The translations under genes and the position numbers were made by a program. A stretch of 64,000 nt of DNA from Nannocystis sp. SCPEA4 (GTDB lineage Bacteria > Myxococcota_A > Polyangia > Nannocystales > Nannocystaceae). Positions 9,376-19,093 of the stretch are shown piece by piece; positions within the stretch are counted from its first letter, which is position 1; each line of letters opens with the position of its first letter. The notes beneath the pieces were generated by a model. The model searched no databases. It worked only from the letters and a program-made list of their open reading frames with translations, and was not told the origin of the DNA. The DNA is taken from the NCBI RefSeq assembly GCF_026626685.1, contig NZ_JAPNJX010000001.1, positions 76,752-140,751 on the forward strand, read 5' to 3'.

Positions 9376-9570
9376 ATGACGACCGACTCTTTTGCAGGAG
9401 GCCCGCCGCGGATCCTCACGGACGCCGATGAGGTGACGCTTCGGAAGGCGCTGAAGCGTCGGCTGGCCGAGATCGACAGCGGCGAGGTCGAGCCCCTCTC
9501 CATCGAAGAGGTGTGGAAGGACGTGTTTGGGACCGAGGCGCCGCCGGAGTTGGTGGGCCCGTCGCGTTGA
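9376..9570 (+). CDS. Addiction-module antitoxin-like small protein (TIGR02574-like)
   Basis: RRLAEIDSGEVEPLSIEEV motif. 64 aa, ATG start 14 bp from the divergent toxin-like ORF. Confidence 0.5.
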   Translation: MTTDSFAGGPPRILTDADEVTLRKALKRRLAEIDSGEVEPLSIEEVWKDVFGTEAPPELVGPSR

Positions 9571-9648
9571 GCCGGCCCGATCCGCAGAAATTTTGTCCCC
9601 GCCGAAGTCGGCAGTTATCCTACATCACCCACACCGGAGTTTTGTCGG

Positions 9649-10032
9649 ATGACGCACGAACGACGCCAAGATCGCAGCGAAAACCCCTGCCTCGCCGGGG
9701 ATCTCTACCTTCGGGCGGTCGCCCAGCGGACCGGCCTGGAGCACCTCACGCTCGCCACGCATGAGGGCCTGCTCCTGGCGGGCGCGGGTGACAAGGACCT
9801 CGGCAACCGCGTCGCCGCGGTCGCCCCCATGTACGTCGAGGAGCCCGCGTCCCTGCGCGCCGGTCTGATCGACGAGTTGACCGACGGCCAGCCGATGCAG
9901 GTGTGGCGCGTCACCGTCCGCGACCGGCCCTTCTACCTCATCGGCTTCGGCACGCTCACCGACATGTCCGAAGAGGTCCAGGACGCCTTCGACCGGATCT
10001 TCGCCCGCCCCGCGCAGCGGACCGCGAACTGA
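9649..10032 (+). CDS. Hypothetical protein (127 aa)
   Basis: GC3-biased ORF with ATG start; no confident family assignment. Confidence 0.4.
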   Translation: MTHERRQDRSENPCLAGDLYLRAVAQRTGLEHLTLATHEGLLLAGAGDKDLGNRVAAVAPMYVEEPASLRAGLIDELTDGQPMQVWRVTVRDRPFYLIGFGTLTDMSEEVQDAFDRIFARPAQRTAN

Positions 10033-10062
10033 GATCCTCCTCGCGTCACGACGCGCGCTCCG

Positions 10063-10100
10063 AGAGCCGCGACGTTGTAGCGTCGCGGCTCTTTGCGTTG
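10063..10100 (+). terminator. Hairpin agagccgcgacg-ttgtag-cgtcgcggctct followed by ttgcgttg; probable intrinsic terminator of the 9649-10032 gene
   Basis: 12-bp perfect stem with a 6-nt loop and a T-rich tail. An identical stem recurs at 10373-10402. Confidence 0.45.
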
Positions 10101-10372
10101 TCCGAGTCGCAGAGCTGCGACGCACCTCGTCGTCGCGACCTGTCCCCGTCTCGCCTCGCCGTGCGTCTCCTTGAGTCGGCGGCGTTCTCGTCACGCGGCT
10201 TGCGTCTCGCGCACCTCGCCTCGTCATCCCTGCGCTCCGCGTCTCTCGTGACAAGCGCCCTGACGCGCCGCGTCATGTGGCCCGGCCGCCGTCACCGCCC
10301 TGCGAGAGTCAGCGCGACAGAGCCGCTGCGCACCAACCGCTCGCGCTCGTCGTCACCTCGCTTCTCGCGACC

Positions 10373-10402
10373 AGAGCCGCGACGATCCCTCGTCGCGGCT
10401 CT
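10373..10402 (-). repeat. Second copy of the same hairpin stem (agagccgcgacg-atccct-cgtcgcggctct), 24 bp beyond the stop of the 10426-11358 gene
   Basis: Stem sequence identical to 10063-10092 with a different loop; no U-tract on the minus strand. Confidence 0.4.
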
Positions 10403-10425
10403 TCGTCGCGGCAGCCTCTCGCGTC

Positions 10426-11358
10426 TCAGCTCGGGATCACGCAGACACCGACGTCATCGGTGCCCGGCGGTGGGTCGGCGAAGAACGGCACGCAGTCTTC
10501 GCTCGGGGCGCAGTCGGCGTCGCCGCCGGACACCGAGCAGAAGGGCGTGCAGCAGCCGGTCGAGCCCTCGTCGCAGCCTTCGACCGTCTCGGCGGCCTGG
10601 CAGCTGAAGCCCGCGAGGCAGGCGTTCGTGTACTCGCAGGGGGAGTTGTCGTCGCCGGTGTTGGCGCCCGTGTCGGGAGAGAAGCAGATGAAGCCGCCGA
10701 ACGACGCGTCGCCGTAGCAGCCCTGCATGCCTTCGCAGTCCTGCAACAGCGGGTCGCACGACTTCAGGCAGATCGGCAGCACGCCCTCGTTGGCCGTCTC
10801 GAGGCAGAGCTCACCGTCGCCGCAGCTGTTGCCCTCGCCGCAGTACGCCGTGCACGTGCCGCCCTGACCGGTCTCGAAGTCGAAGTTGAGGCAGATCGTG
10901 CCCTTCGAGCAGTTGTCGAGCCCACTGAAGACCGACTCGCCCGCGTTGATGTTGCACGGGTCGCCGACCACGCCGCCGTTCACCGGCTCCTCGACGCACT
11001 TGTTGGCGTCCCAGTAGTTCATCGCCATCGAGTCGTAGGCCACGCACTTCTGGCCTTCGGGACAGTCTTGGATCTTCGGGCTGCACATGCTCGTGCCGCC
11101 CTCGGTCGTCGGGTCGGTGGTCGTCGGCGAGTCGGTGCCGGCCTCCGTGCTCGTGCCCGTCGGTTCCGTCGACTCGGTCATCGACCCGGTCGTCGGCCCC
11201 GTGTTCGACTCCGTCCCCGGATCCGTCGTCGGATCGGTCGTCGGAGTGCTCGTGTCGGTCTCGGTGTCCTGCCCCTTCTCGCCGCACCCCGCGGTCAGCA
11301 GCGCGCCGACGAGCGCTGCAATGCCCAAGCCCTTCACGCTTCCCAGCTTCTCCATCAT
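10426..11358 (-). CDS. Cys-rich secreted lipoprotein with Thr/Pro-rich linker
   Basis: Lipobox LLTAGC, a TDPTT low-complexity linker, and >30 Cys in the C-terminal domain. Confidence 0.6.
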   Translation of the reverse strand: MMEKLGSVKGLGIAALVGALLTAGCGEKGQDTETDTSTPTTDPTTDPGTESNTGPTTGSMTESTEPTGTSTEAGTDSPTTTDPTTEGGTSMCSPKIQDCPEGQKCVAYDSMAMNYWDANKCVEEPVNGGVVGDPCNINAGESVFSGLDNCSKGTICLNFDFETGQGGTCTAYCGEGNSCGDGELCLETANEGVLPICLKSCDPLLQDCEGMQGCYGDASFGGFICFSPDTGANTGDDNSPCEYTNACLAGFSCQAAETVEGCDEGSTGCCTPFCSVSGGDADCAPSEDCVPFFADPPPGTDDVGVCVIPS

Positions 11359-11516
11359 GACGATTTTTATCGCGTGCCGGCTGCGCGGCAGTCAACGCCT
11401 GCATCCGTGCGCGCTGCTCCATGCCCCTAGTCTCGCGGCTCCAGCGCCGATGCAGCGGCGCGCGAACGCCCGGCCTCGGATTGAGCCACCGTCTCATTCT
11501 GATACACTCGGCGCGG

Positions 11517-13070
11517 ATGGAGCCAGCAGCCCGCAAGAAGCCCGCGCGAACGACCACTCCTGATGCGCCGGCGAAGCGGACGCGCGTCGATCGCGACAGC
11601 GTGCTGTTCGCGCTCGGCGAGCTGGTGCGTCGCGAGGTCGACCTCGACGCCTTGCTGGCGCAGGTCATCGACACCGTCACGAAGGCGATGGACGCCGACC
11701 GCGGGACCTTCTATCTGGTCGACCGCGCCCGCGGGGAGCTGTTCAGCAAGGCCGCGCATCTGCCGGAGCTGCGCGAGATCCGGCTCAAGGTCGGCCAGGG
11801 CATCGCCGGTCACGTCGCGCGCACCGGCGAGGCGATCAACCTCTCGCACACCGAGGGCGACCCGCGCTTCTACGGCGCCATCGACCGGGCCACCAACTAC
11901 GCCACGCGCTCCATGCTGTGCGTCCCGGTCCTCGATCGCGCCGGCGAGATCCTCGGCGTGCTCCAGCTGCTCAACAAGAAGGGCGCCGCCTTCGACGACG
12001 ACGACGAGGCCCTGCTGCGCGCGCTCGCCAGCCAGGTCGCCATGCTCGTCGAGAGCACCAGCCTCTACGCGCAGCTGCGGGCACCCACCGGCGGACCGCT
12101 GCGTTACCGCTTCAACGGCGTGGTCGGCGGCGGCGCGCGGATGAGACGCGTCTACGATCTCGTGACACGCGCGGCCGGCACCGACGCGACCGTCCTCATC
12201 ACCGGCGAGACCGGCACCGGCAAGGGTTTGATCGCGCGGGCGATCCACTACAACAGCCCGCGCGCCGGGCGACCATTCGTCGCCGTCGACTGCGCCTCGC
12301 TGCCGGCCACCTTGATCGAAAACGAGCTCTTCGGCCACGAGCGCGGCGCGTACACCGGCGCCGACCAGCGCAGCGTCGGCAAGTTCGAGGCCGCCGACGG
12401 CGGCACCGTCTTCCTCGACGAGCTCGGCGAGGTCCCGCTGACGCTGCAGAGCAAGCTGCTGCGCGTCCTGCAGGACCGCGAGTTCGAGCGGGTCGGCGGG
12501 CGCAAGACCCTCAAGGTCGACGTCCGGATCCTCGCCGCCACCAACCGCAACCTCGAGGACATGGTCGCGCGCCAGCGCTTCCGCGAGGACCTCTACTACC
12601 GCCTGCGCGTGCTCTCGCTGGCCATGCCGCCGCTGCGCGAGCGCGGGCCCGAGGACCTCGAGCAGCTCGCGTATCACTTCCTCGCCGGGTTCGCCCAGCG
12701 CCACAACAAGCAGGTCGTGCGCTTCTCGCCGCCCGCGCTCGCGCGGCTGCACGCGCACAGCTGGCCCGGCAACATCCGCGAGCTCGAGAACTGCATCGAG
12801 GGCGCGGTCGTCCTCAGCGTCGGCGACGCCATCGAGGTCGCCGACCTGCCCTTGCCCGCCGACCCGCGCGAGCTCCCGGCCGCGGGCCGCAAGGCGGGTC
12901 GCGGCGGCGCCGCCGACCTCGCGCGTCTGTCGTGGACCGAGATGGAGAAGCTCTACATCGAGGCGGTCCTCGCCGCCCACGACGGCAACCGCAGCGGCGC
13001 CGCGCGGGCCATGGGGATCGGCCGCGCCACCCTCCTGCGCAAGATCAAGACGCTCAAGATCCGCGCCTGA
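11517..13070 (+). CDS. Sigma-54-dependent transcriptional activator (GAF - AAA+ sigma-54 activation - HTH)
   Basis: GAF domain, Walker [15 protein letters not shown]-type loop (ERGAYTGA), ELENCIE motif and a C-terminal Fis-type HTH. Confidence 0.9.
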   Translation: MEPAARKKPARTTTPDAPAKRTRVDRDSVLFALGELVRREVDLDALLAQVIDTVTKAMDADRGTFYLVDRARGELFSKAAHLPELREIRLKVGQGIAGHVARTGEAINLSHTEGDPRFYGAIDRATNYATRSMLCVPVLDRAGEILGVLQLLNKKGAAFDDDDEALLRALASQVAMLVESTSLYAQLRAPTGGPLRYRFNGVVGGGARMRRVYDLVTRAAGTDATVLITGETGTGKGLIARAIHYNSPRAGRPFVAVDCASLPATLIENELFGHERGAYTGADQRSVGKFEAADGGTVFLDELGEVPLTLQSKLLRVLQDREFERVGGRKTLKVDVRILAATNRNLEDMVARQRFREDLYYRLRVLSLAMPPLRERGPEDLEQLAYHFLAGFAQRHNKQVVRFSPPALARLHAHSWPGNIRELENCIEGAVVLSVGDAIEVADLPLPADPRELPAAGRKAGRGGAADLARLSWTEMEKLYIEAVLAAHDGNRSGAARAMGIGRATLLRKIKTLKIRA

Positions 13071-13209
13071 GCCCCGGCTCCAGCGCCGTTCGCTGCACCT
13101 GTTTCATTTCGATCCACGTGTATTGTTCCGATGCGCCCCGTCCGTGGCCTTGGCGCGCGGCCGCGGGCGCGGCGCCCGACAACCTCGCGTCCGGCCCCGC
13201 CGCGGTCGC

Positions 13210-13225
13210 TGGCACGGCGCCTGCT
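13210..13225 (+). promoter_or_regulatory. Sigma-54 (-24/-12) promoter TGGCAC-ggcgc-CTGCT upstream of the flotillin gene
   Basis: Matches TGGCAC-N5-TTGCW at GG and GC with correct spacing. Lies ~27 bp upstream of the ATG, with GGAG RBS between. Confidence 0.5.
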
Positions 13226-13251
13226 AAGTGGTCTCGCGCAGGAGTCGAACG

Positions 13252-14823
13252 ATGACCACCAAGCCCGCTACCACCACGCCCGCCACCCCCGACAGCCAAT
13301 GGCGCCAGGGCAAGCCCGTGGAGGACCCCGAGAAGATGAAGCGCTGGGGCTTCATCACCGCCAAGCCGTCCGAGTACCTCATCCACGTGCGTCGGGGACG
13401 GATCCGTCGCGCCAGCACCGGCCAGGGCGCGAGCTGCTTCAAGTGGCCGTGGGACAGCGTGGCCGTCATCCCGACCACCATCAACCGCCTGCAGTTCACC
13501 GCCGACCAGGTCACGCTCGAGAAGGTCGGCGTGCAGATCACCGGGCTCGCCGTCTACCGGATCGCCGAGCCGGAGCTGACCTTCCGCATGCTCAACTTCT
13601 CCTACAGCGAGCGCGCGCAGGAGAAGCTCGGCGAGATCCTCACCGAGATGTTCGTCGGCGCCACCCGGCGCCTCGTCGCCAACCTGCGCGTCGAGGACGC
13701 CATGACCCGGCGCAAGGAGTCGATCGCGCGCGAGCTGATGGCGGAGCTCGTGCCGATCGTCGAGGGCCGCGGCCGCACCGACGACAGCACCGCCACCGGT
13801 TGGGGCGTGATCATCGACACCGTCGAGATCCAGAACGTGCAGATCCTGTCGGACACCGTGTTCCAGGACATGCAGGCCCGGTTCCGCGCCGAGCTGGCCC
13901 TGCGCGCGCGCATGGCCGAGATGGAGAGCGCCCGCGAGATCGCCACCCTCGAGGCGACCTCGTCGCGCCAGATCGAGGAGGCCAAGATCGCCAGCGAGAC
14001 CGCCACGCGCGAGCTCAAGGCCCAGGCCGAGAGCCGCACCATGCAGATCGAGCTGGCCGAGGCCGCCAAGCGCGACGAGCTCGAGGCGCGCGCCGCCGAG
14101 GAGCAGCGCGTGCGCGACCAGATGCGCCTGTTCGCCGAGCTCAAGGCCTCCACCGAGCTCGCCGAGGAGCGAGCCGCCCGCGAGCAGGCGCGGGCCCTCG
14201 CCGAGCTCAAGGCCGCCACCGAGCTCGCCGAGGAGCGAGGTGCGCGCGAGCAGGCGCGCCTGCTCGGCGAGCTGCGGGCCAAGACCCAGATCGAGCAGGA
14301 GAAGGCCGCCCAGGCCGAGGCCGTGCGGCTGGCCCAGCTCGCGCGCGAGCGCAAGTACGCCGAGGCCGAGCGTCAGCTGCTCGAGGTCAAGCACACCACG
14401 CAGCAGCGCGAGGCCGAGCTCGCCGCCCAGCTGGCGATGAACCGCAGCAAGGCCAGCACCGAGCTCAAGGACCTCGAGAGCGCCGCGGCCGCGCGGCTCA
14501 AGGAGCGCGAGCTGCAGCTCGAGCGGCTCGCCGGCGAGGTCCGGGCCGCCGTGGCCCGGGCCGCTCGCGAGGTCGACAACCTCGTCTCCGACGACCGGAT
14601 CCGCATGGCCCTGGTCGAGACCGGCCTGCCCGCGATCGCCGGCGCGTTCGCGCAGAAGTTCGGCGAGGTCAAGATCACCTCGTTCGGCGAGGGCGCCGAC
14701 CCCTCGGCCATGGTCGCCCGCGGGATCGGCGAGGTCCTCGCGCTCGCCCGCAAGGTCGGCACCGACCTGCTCGCCACGCCGGCCGCGCCTGTCCCGTCGG
14801 ACAGCAGCCAGCCGGGCCAGTGA
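13252..14823 (+). CDS. Flotillin-like SPFH/Band-7 protein with long EA-rich coiled coil
   Basis: SPFH domain motifs, then ~200 aa of AEL/REQ repeats typical of FloT/YqiK. Confidence 0.85.
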   Translation: MTTKPATTTPATPDSQWRQGKPVEDPEKMKRWGFITAKPSEYLIHVRRGRIRRASTGQGASCFKWPWDSVAVIPTTINRLQFTADQVTLEKVGVQITGLAVYRIAEPELTFRMLNFSYSERAQEKLGEILTEMFVGATRRLVANLRVEDAMTRRKESIARELMAELVPIVEGRGRTDDSTATGWGVIIDTVEIQNVQILSDTVFQDMQARFRAELALRARMAEMESAREIATLEATSSRQIEEAKIASETATRELKAQAESRTMQIELAEAAKRDELEARAAEEQRVRDQMRLFAELKASTELAEERAAREQARALAELKAATELAEERGAREQARLLGELRAKTQIEQEKAAQAEAVRLAQLARERKYAEAERQLLEVKHTTQQREAELAAQLAMNRSKASTELKDLESAAAARLKERELQLERLAGEVRAAVARAAREVDNLVSDDRIRMALVETGLPAIAGAFAQKFGEVKITSFGEGADPSAMVARGIGEVLALARKVGTDLLATPAAPVPSDSSQPGQ

Positions 14824-15106
14824 ACGCGCCCCTCACATGTCCCAGGGGACAGCCAGCGCCGCAGGGCGGCGGCGCTCCACGCCCTGTCTCTTCGGACATA
14901 CCGGCGCCGGACCCATCGTTACGCGCATCGCCTGTCCTCCCGGACATGTCCTTGCGCACCCGTACGGGCGGCCCCTGCGCGGCTCCTCGCGGCTCGCCCG
15001 GCTCCTTCGTCGCCGCGCTGGCGACCACCCCCCTGTCCTCGGCCCCCCCGCGGCGCGACCGGTTGACCGGCACCGTGAGCAGTCCACGTTTTGCAGCACC
15101 ACGACG

Positions 15107-15727
15107 ATGCTGCCTGCCTCGACCTTGCCCGCCACGCCCCGCTCGACCTGTCTCTTGCGACAGGCTGTCGTCGTGCTGTCGATGGCCGCCTGCGACCCCT
15201 CGTCGGGCGACGGCGACGCCGACAGCGGCGACGACACCGGCGGGGCCGTCGCCTGTCCGCTCAACGACGCGTGGGAGCCGAACGACGACCCCGACGATCC
15301 GACCGACATGGCCTGGGACGCCGCCGACACGTGGTCGGCCTGGCACGAGGTCGACGACGCCTACCTGTGCCCTGGCGAGGACGACTGGTACCGCATCGAC
15401 CTCGCCGGCCTCGGCTACAGCGTGCACTACCTTTACGTCCGCGCGCTGGTGAAGGACGCCGGACTGTGCGGCGCCGCCTGCGGGGAGCCGGTGCTTGCGG
15501 CCGGCCCCGAGAACGCGATGACGATCGAGGTCTACCGGGCCGACACCCACGAGGCGCTGATCGCCCAGACCGCCGACGACGGCGTGCTCGCGCTCGCCGG
15601 CTCCGGCGACGACTACGCCGACGGCCTGCTGCTGCGCGTCCACAGCGACACACCGACGGCCGAGTATCCGTACCGGCTGAGCGTCTCCGTGCGCAACTAC
15701 GAAGGCGAGGACGAGTGTGAGTGCTGA
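15107..15727 (+). CDS. Secreted lipoprotein with PPC (pre-peptidase C-terminal)-like domain
   Basis: Signal plus lipobox VVLSMAAC, an acidic linker, and a DDWYRIDL motif. Confidence 0.5.
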   Translation: MLPASTLPATPRSTCLLRQAVVVLSMAACDPSSGDGDADSGDDTGGAVACPLNDAWEPNDDPDDPTDMAWDAADTWSAWHEVDDAYLCPGEDDWYRIDLAGLGYSVHYLYVRALVKDAGLCGAACGEPVLAAGPENAMTIEVYRADTHEALIAQTADDGVLALAGSGDDYADGLLLRVHSDTPTAEYPYRLSVSVRNYEGEDECEC

Positions 15728-16742
15728 GCCCGCACCATGGCGCGCCGCGATCGCGGCCCTCGCCGGCCTCGCGCTGACCTGTAGCGCGCCGACACCGACC
15801 GAGCCGACGAGCACCGACGACGAGGTCGTCCGCGATCGCGTCGACGTCCACGTCCACCTCGTCGGCGGCGCCGTCGACGAGTTGCTGGCCGCGCTCGACC
15901 GTCAGGCGATCGCGGCCGCCGTCGTCATCGCCTCGCCGCACCTCGATCCCGCCCTCGGCCGCGAGCCGGGCCGCGACGCCCGCCTGCGCGGCTGGCGGGA
16001 GGCCAACGAGGCCCTGCTCGCCGCCACCGCCGACCACCGCGATCGCCTGTTCCCCTTCATCACCGTCGAGCCGGCCGAGGTCGGCATCGCCGAGCTCGAG
16101 CGCTGGTTTCAGCGCGGCGCTCGCGGGGTCAAGCTCTACGCCGGCCACCAGGAGCTGCACGCGCGCCCGCTCGACGACCCGGCCCACGCCTCGCTGTTCG
16201 AGTGGCTCGAGCATCACTCCGTCCCTGTGCTCGCCCACGTCAACACCGTCCGCTACCGCGACGAGCTGGCCCGGCTCCTGCGCGCCCACCCGCGGCTCGA
16301 GCTGGTGTGCGCCCACCTGTGCGGCAGCCGGACCGACCTCGATCGCCTCGCCGGTCTCCTGCGCGAGTTCCCGCGGCTGCGCGTCGACACCAGCCACGGC
16401 GCCGGCCTGCCCGGCGTCGACGGCTTCACCGCGATCGAGACCGACCGCGATCGCCTGCGCGCCCTGATCGAGGTCCAGCCCGAGCGCTTCCTGTTCGGCT
16501 CTGACCTCGTCACCACCCGCGCGCCGGGCCACGAGGCCGACGCCGCGCGCGAGTGGGACCTGCAGCTGTCCGCCAACCTCGGGTTGCTCGAGCGCGAGCG
16601 CTTCGAGTTCTGGCGCCACACCGCCCGGATCGGCGCGTTCACCCCCGGCGTCTACCACGGCCTCGCGCTCGCCGACCCCGCGGTCTCGCGCGTGCTCGGC
16701 GGCAACGCCCGCGCCTGGCTCGGCGCCTACGGCCGCGAGTGA
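15717..16742 (+). CDS. Amidohydrolase-family (TIM-barrel metal-dependent hydrolase) lipoprotein
   Basis: VDVHVHL metal-binding motif and a conserved His/Asp pattern. GTG start overlapping the upstream stop. Lipobox-like LALTC. Confidence 0.7.
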   Translation: MSAEPAPWRAAIAALAGLALTCSAPTPTEPTSTDDEVVRDRVDVHVHLVGGAVDELLAALDRQAIAAAVVIASPHLDPALGREPGRDARLRGWREANEALLAATADHRDRLFPFITVEPAEVGIAELERWFQRGARGVKLYAGHQELHARPLDDPAHASLFEWLEHHSVPVLAHVNTVRYRDELARLLRAHPRLELVCAHLCGSRTDLDRLAGLLREFPRLRVDTSHGAGLPGVDGFTAIETDRDRLRALIEVQPERFLFGSDLVTTRAPGHEADAAREWDLQLSANLGLLERERFEFWRHTARIGAFTPGVYHGLALADPAVSRVLGGNARAWLGAYGRE

Positions 16743-16745
16743 CGC

Positions 16746-18116
16746 TCACTCATCGGACTCTTCGGACATGTCCGATTCGCCATCCGGTCCGAGCTCGAGG
16801 TCGACCAGGATCGGGTTGTGATCCGACACCAGCTTGCCCTCGGCGACCGGCCGCTCGATGACCTGCGGCGCGCGCGGGCGCAGCCCCTTGCCGGCGAACC
16901 AGTCGACGCGCAGCGGCACCCGCCCGCCCCACGGCGCCAGCCGGCGCTCGAGGTACGTCCACATCACCCGGCGCATCGCCTTCGGCATGTAGTCGAGCGC
17001 CTTGCGGAAGATCTCGGGGTCGTAGATGTCGTAGTAGATGGTCCCGCGGGTGAAGTCGTTGAAGCCGTCGATCTCGAACCCGCCCTCGCGCATCGCCGCG
17101 AACACCGCCCGCTCGAAGTGCTCCTCCGGCTTCATGTACTGGGCCGCCATGCCCTCGATGCCGAAGCGCGTCAGCTTGTAGAAGAAGTTGTAGGCCAGGC
17201 CGCGGCCGCTGCTCAGGTCGTACGTGTTGGTGTTGAGGTCGCCGCCGAGGAGCATGCGTTCGCCGCCGAACTCGCGCAGGCGGGCCACGATCTCGCGGAT
17301 GTGGCGGGCCCGGTCGCGCGGGCCGGCGAACGGGTCGAGGTGGACCAGCGCGACCGTCAGCGGCCCGTCGGGCAGCAGCAGCTCGCACAGCAGCGCGCGC
17401 TTGTTGCCGATCCGCTTCTCCGTCGCGTGGAACTTGTCGCGCCGCTCGTGCAGCTCGACCGCCTCGAAGCGCAGCACCGGGAAGCGGGTCAGCAGGGCGC
17501 AGCCGTGCATCGCCTTGGTGTTCGGCACCCCGTGGCCACGTTCGCCGCGGTCGCCCTCGACCAGCACGATGTGATAGTTGGCGAACACGTAGCCCATGCC
17601 GAGCGCGTGGGCCAGCTCCTTGGGCACGTTGCGGTTGCCCGAGCGACCCATGCCGATGTCGACCTCGGTCAGCAGCAGCAGGTCGGCCGCGGTCAGCTCG
17701 GGGTCGGAGGTCAGGAGCGTGTGCAGGCCCTCGAAGCGCTTCCCGCGCTCCACGTTCCAGGCGACCGCGCGGACGATCCCCGGCCGCCGTGGCGCCAGCG
17801 AGTGGCCGAGCGTCGGCTCCAGATCCCACTCGAAGCCGCGGAGGACCCGCTCGAGCTGCGGGCGGATCGTGCGGAACACCGGGTCTCGCTCCAGGCGCCG
17901 GCGCGTGCGGATCCGGGCGATGTGGGCCAGCGCGTCGGTGAAGTCGTGGTCGAGCTGCGAGCGGAGCGGGAGGGGACCTGGCTCGGAGACCAGGTTAGGA
18001 TAGGCGAAGAGATTCGTCGGCACGCGTCTCCCCGGGTCGGACAGATCGGTACCAGATCGCCGGGGCGCTGTCCTCGTCTGCTCCCGCGCGCCCCGGGCAA
18101 TTTCGATCTCGCTCAC
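16746..18116 (-). CDS. Endonuclease/exonuclease/phosphatase (EEP) family protein
   Basis: EEP motifs including the C-terminal SDHNPILVDL. GTG start. Confidence 0.75.
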   Translation of the reverse strand: MSEIEIARGAREQTRTAPRRSGTDLSDPGRRVPTNLFAYPNLVSEPGPLPLRSQLDHDFTDALAHIARIRTRRRLERDPVFRTIRPQLERVLRGFEWDLEPTLGHSLAPRRPGIVRAVAWNVERGKRFEGLHTLLTSDPELTAADLLLLTEVDIGMGRSGNRNVPKELAHALGMGYVFANYHIVLVEGDRGERGHGVPNTKAMHGCALLTRFPVLRFEAVELHERRDKFHATEKRIGNKRALLCELLLPDGPLTVALVHLDPFAGPRDRARHIREIVARLREFGGERMLLGGDLNTNTYDLSSGRGLAYNFFYKLTRFGIEGMAAQYMKPEEHFERAVFAAMREGGFEIDGFNDFTRGTIYYDIYDPEIFRKALDYMPKAMRRVMWTYLERRLAPWGGRVPLRVDWFAGKGLRPRAPQVIERPVAEGKLVSDHNPILVDLELGPDGESDMSEESDE

Positions 18117-18178
18117 GGCTGCGCGGTACGCGGGGCAGAGCGCCGTGGATCGCCCGCGACCCGGGTTATTCTTGTCGC

Positions 18179-19093
18179 ATGTTGCAGTTCGGCCTCGTCG
18201 CCATCCTCGCCTCGCCGCTCCCGTGGACCGCGCCTGCGCCCGCGCCCAGTCCGATCTACGGCGGCGACCTCGTCGAGCCGGGCTCGTGGCCGAGCGCCGT
18301 GGCGATCCTCATGGGCGACGTGCTGTGCACCGGCACCCTCGTCAGCGACACCGTCGTCCTCACCGCCGCGCACTGCCTCGACAGCAACCCGTCGCCGTCG
18401 CTCATGCACGTCGTCATCGGCGACGACGTGTTCTCTCAGTTCGACGAGTTCGTCGGTGTCGTCGAGCACGGCTCGCACCCCGACTTCTGCGGCACCGACA
18501 CCGAGAAGTGCAAGGTCGACATCTGGGACTACGGCTACGTCGTGCTCGAGCGGCCGATCACCAGCGTCGAGCCGACGCGGCCGATCGCCAGCCAGGCCGA
18601 GTGGGACGAGTCGATGTACATCGGAGCCCCGCTCACCTTGGTCGGCTTCGGCGACGACGAGAAGATGCTCAAGGGCTTCAAGCGCCAGGTCGACGTCGAG
18701 ATCGTCCGCTTCAGCACCACCGGCCTCGAGTTCCAGGCCGGCGGCATGGGCTTCGATTCGTGCCAGGGCGACTCCGGCGGCCCCGCGTTCGCCACGCTCG
18801 CCTCCGGCGAGGTCGTGCTCGCGGGCGTCGTCTCGCGCGGCTACACCTGCGGCAAGGGCGGCTTCTACGCCATCCCTTACGCCGCGCTGTGCTGGCTGAA
18901 CCAAGAGACAGGCGTCGACCTGCGCACCGACGCGTGCGAGGCCTGCGACTGCCTCGACATCTCGCCCAAGTCCGACGAGGGCTGCAACTGCCGCAGCGGC
19001 GAAGCCGGCGGCCCGCTCGGGCTCGCCGTGTTGCTCGCGCTGGCCGGTCTCAGAAGACCTGGGGCCCGACGACGACGTACGTCTCGGCCTTGA
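18179..19093 (+). CDS. Trypsin-like serine protease (S1) with MYXO-CTERM sorting tail
   Basis: TAAHC and GDSGGP catalytic motifs. C-terminus CNCRSGEAGGPLGLAVLLALAGLRRP...RRRR. Confidence 0.85.
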   Translation: MLQFGLVAILASPLPWTAPAPAPSPIYGGDLVEPGSWPSAVAILMGDVLCTGTLVSDTVVLTAAHCLDSNPSPSLMHVVIGDDVFSQFDEFVGVVEHGSHPDFCGTDTEKCKVDIWDYGYVVLERPITSVEPTRPIASQAEWDESMYIGAPLTLVGFGDDEKMLKGFKRQVDVEIVRFSTTGLEFQAGGMGFDSCQGDSGGPAFATLASGEVVLAGVVSRGYTCGKGGFYAIPYAALCWLNQETGVDLRTDACEACDCLDISPKSDEGCNCRSGEAGGPLGLAVLLALAGLRRPGARRRRTSRP

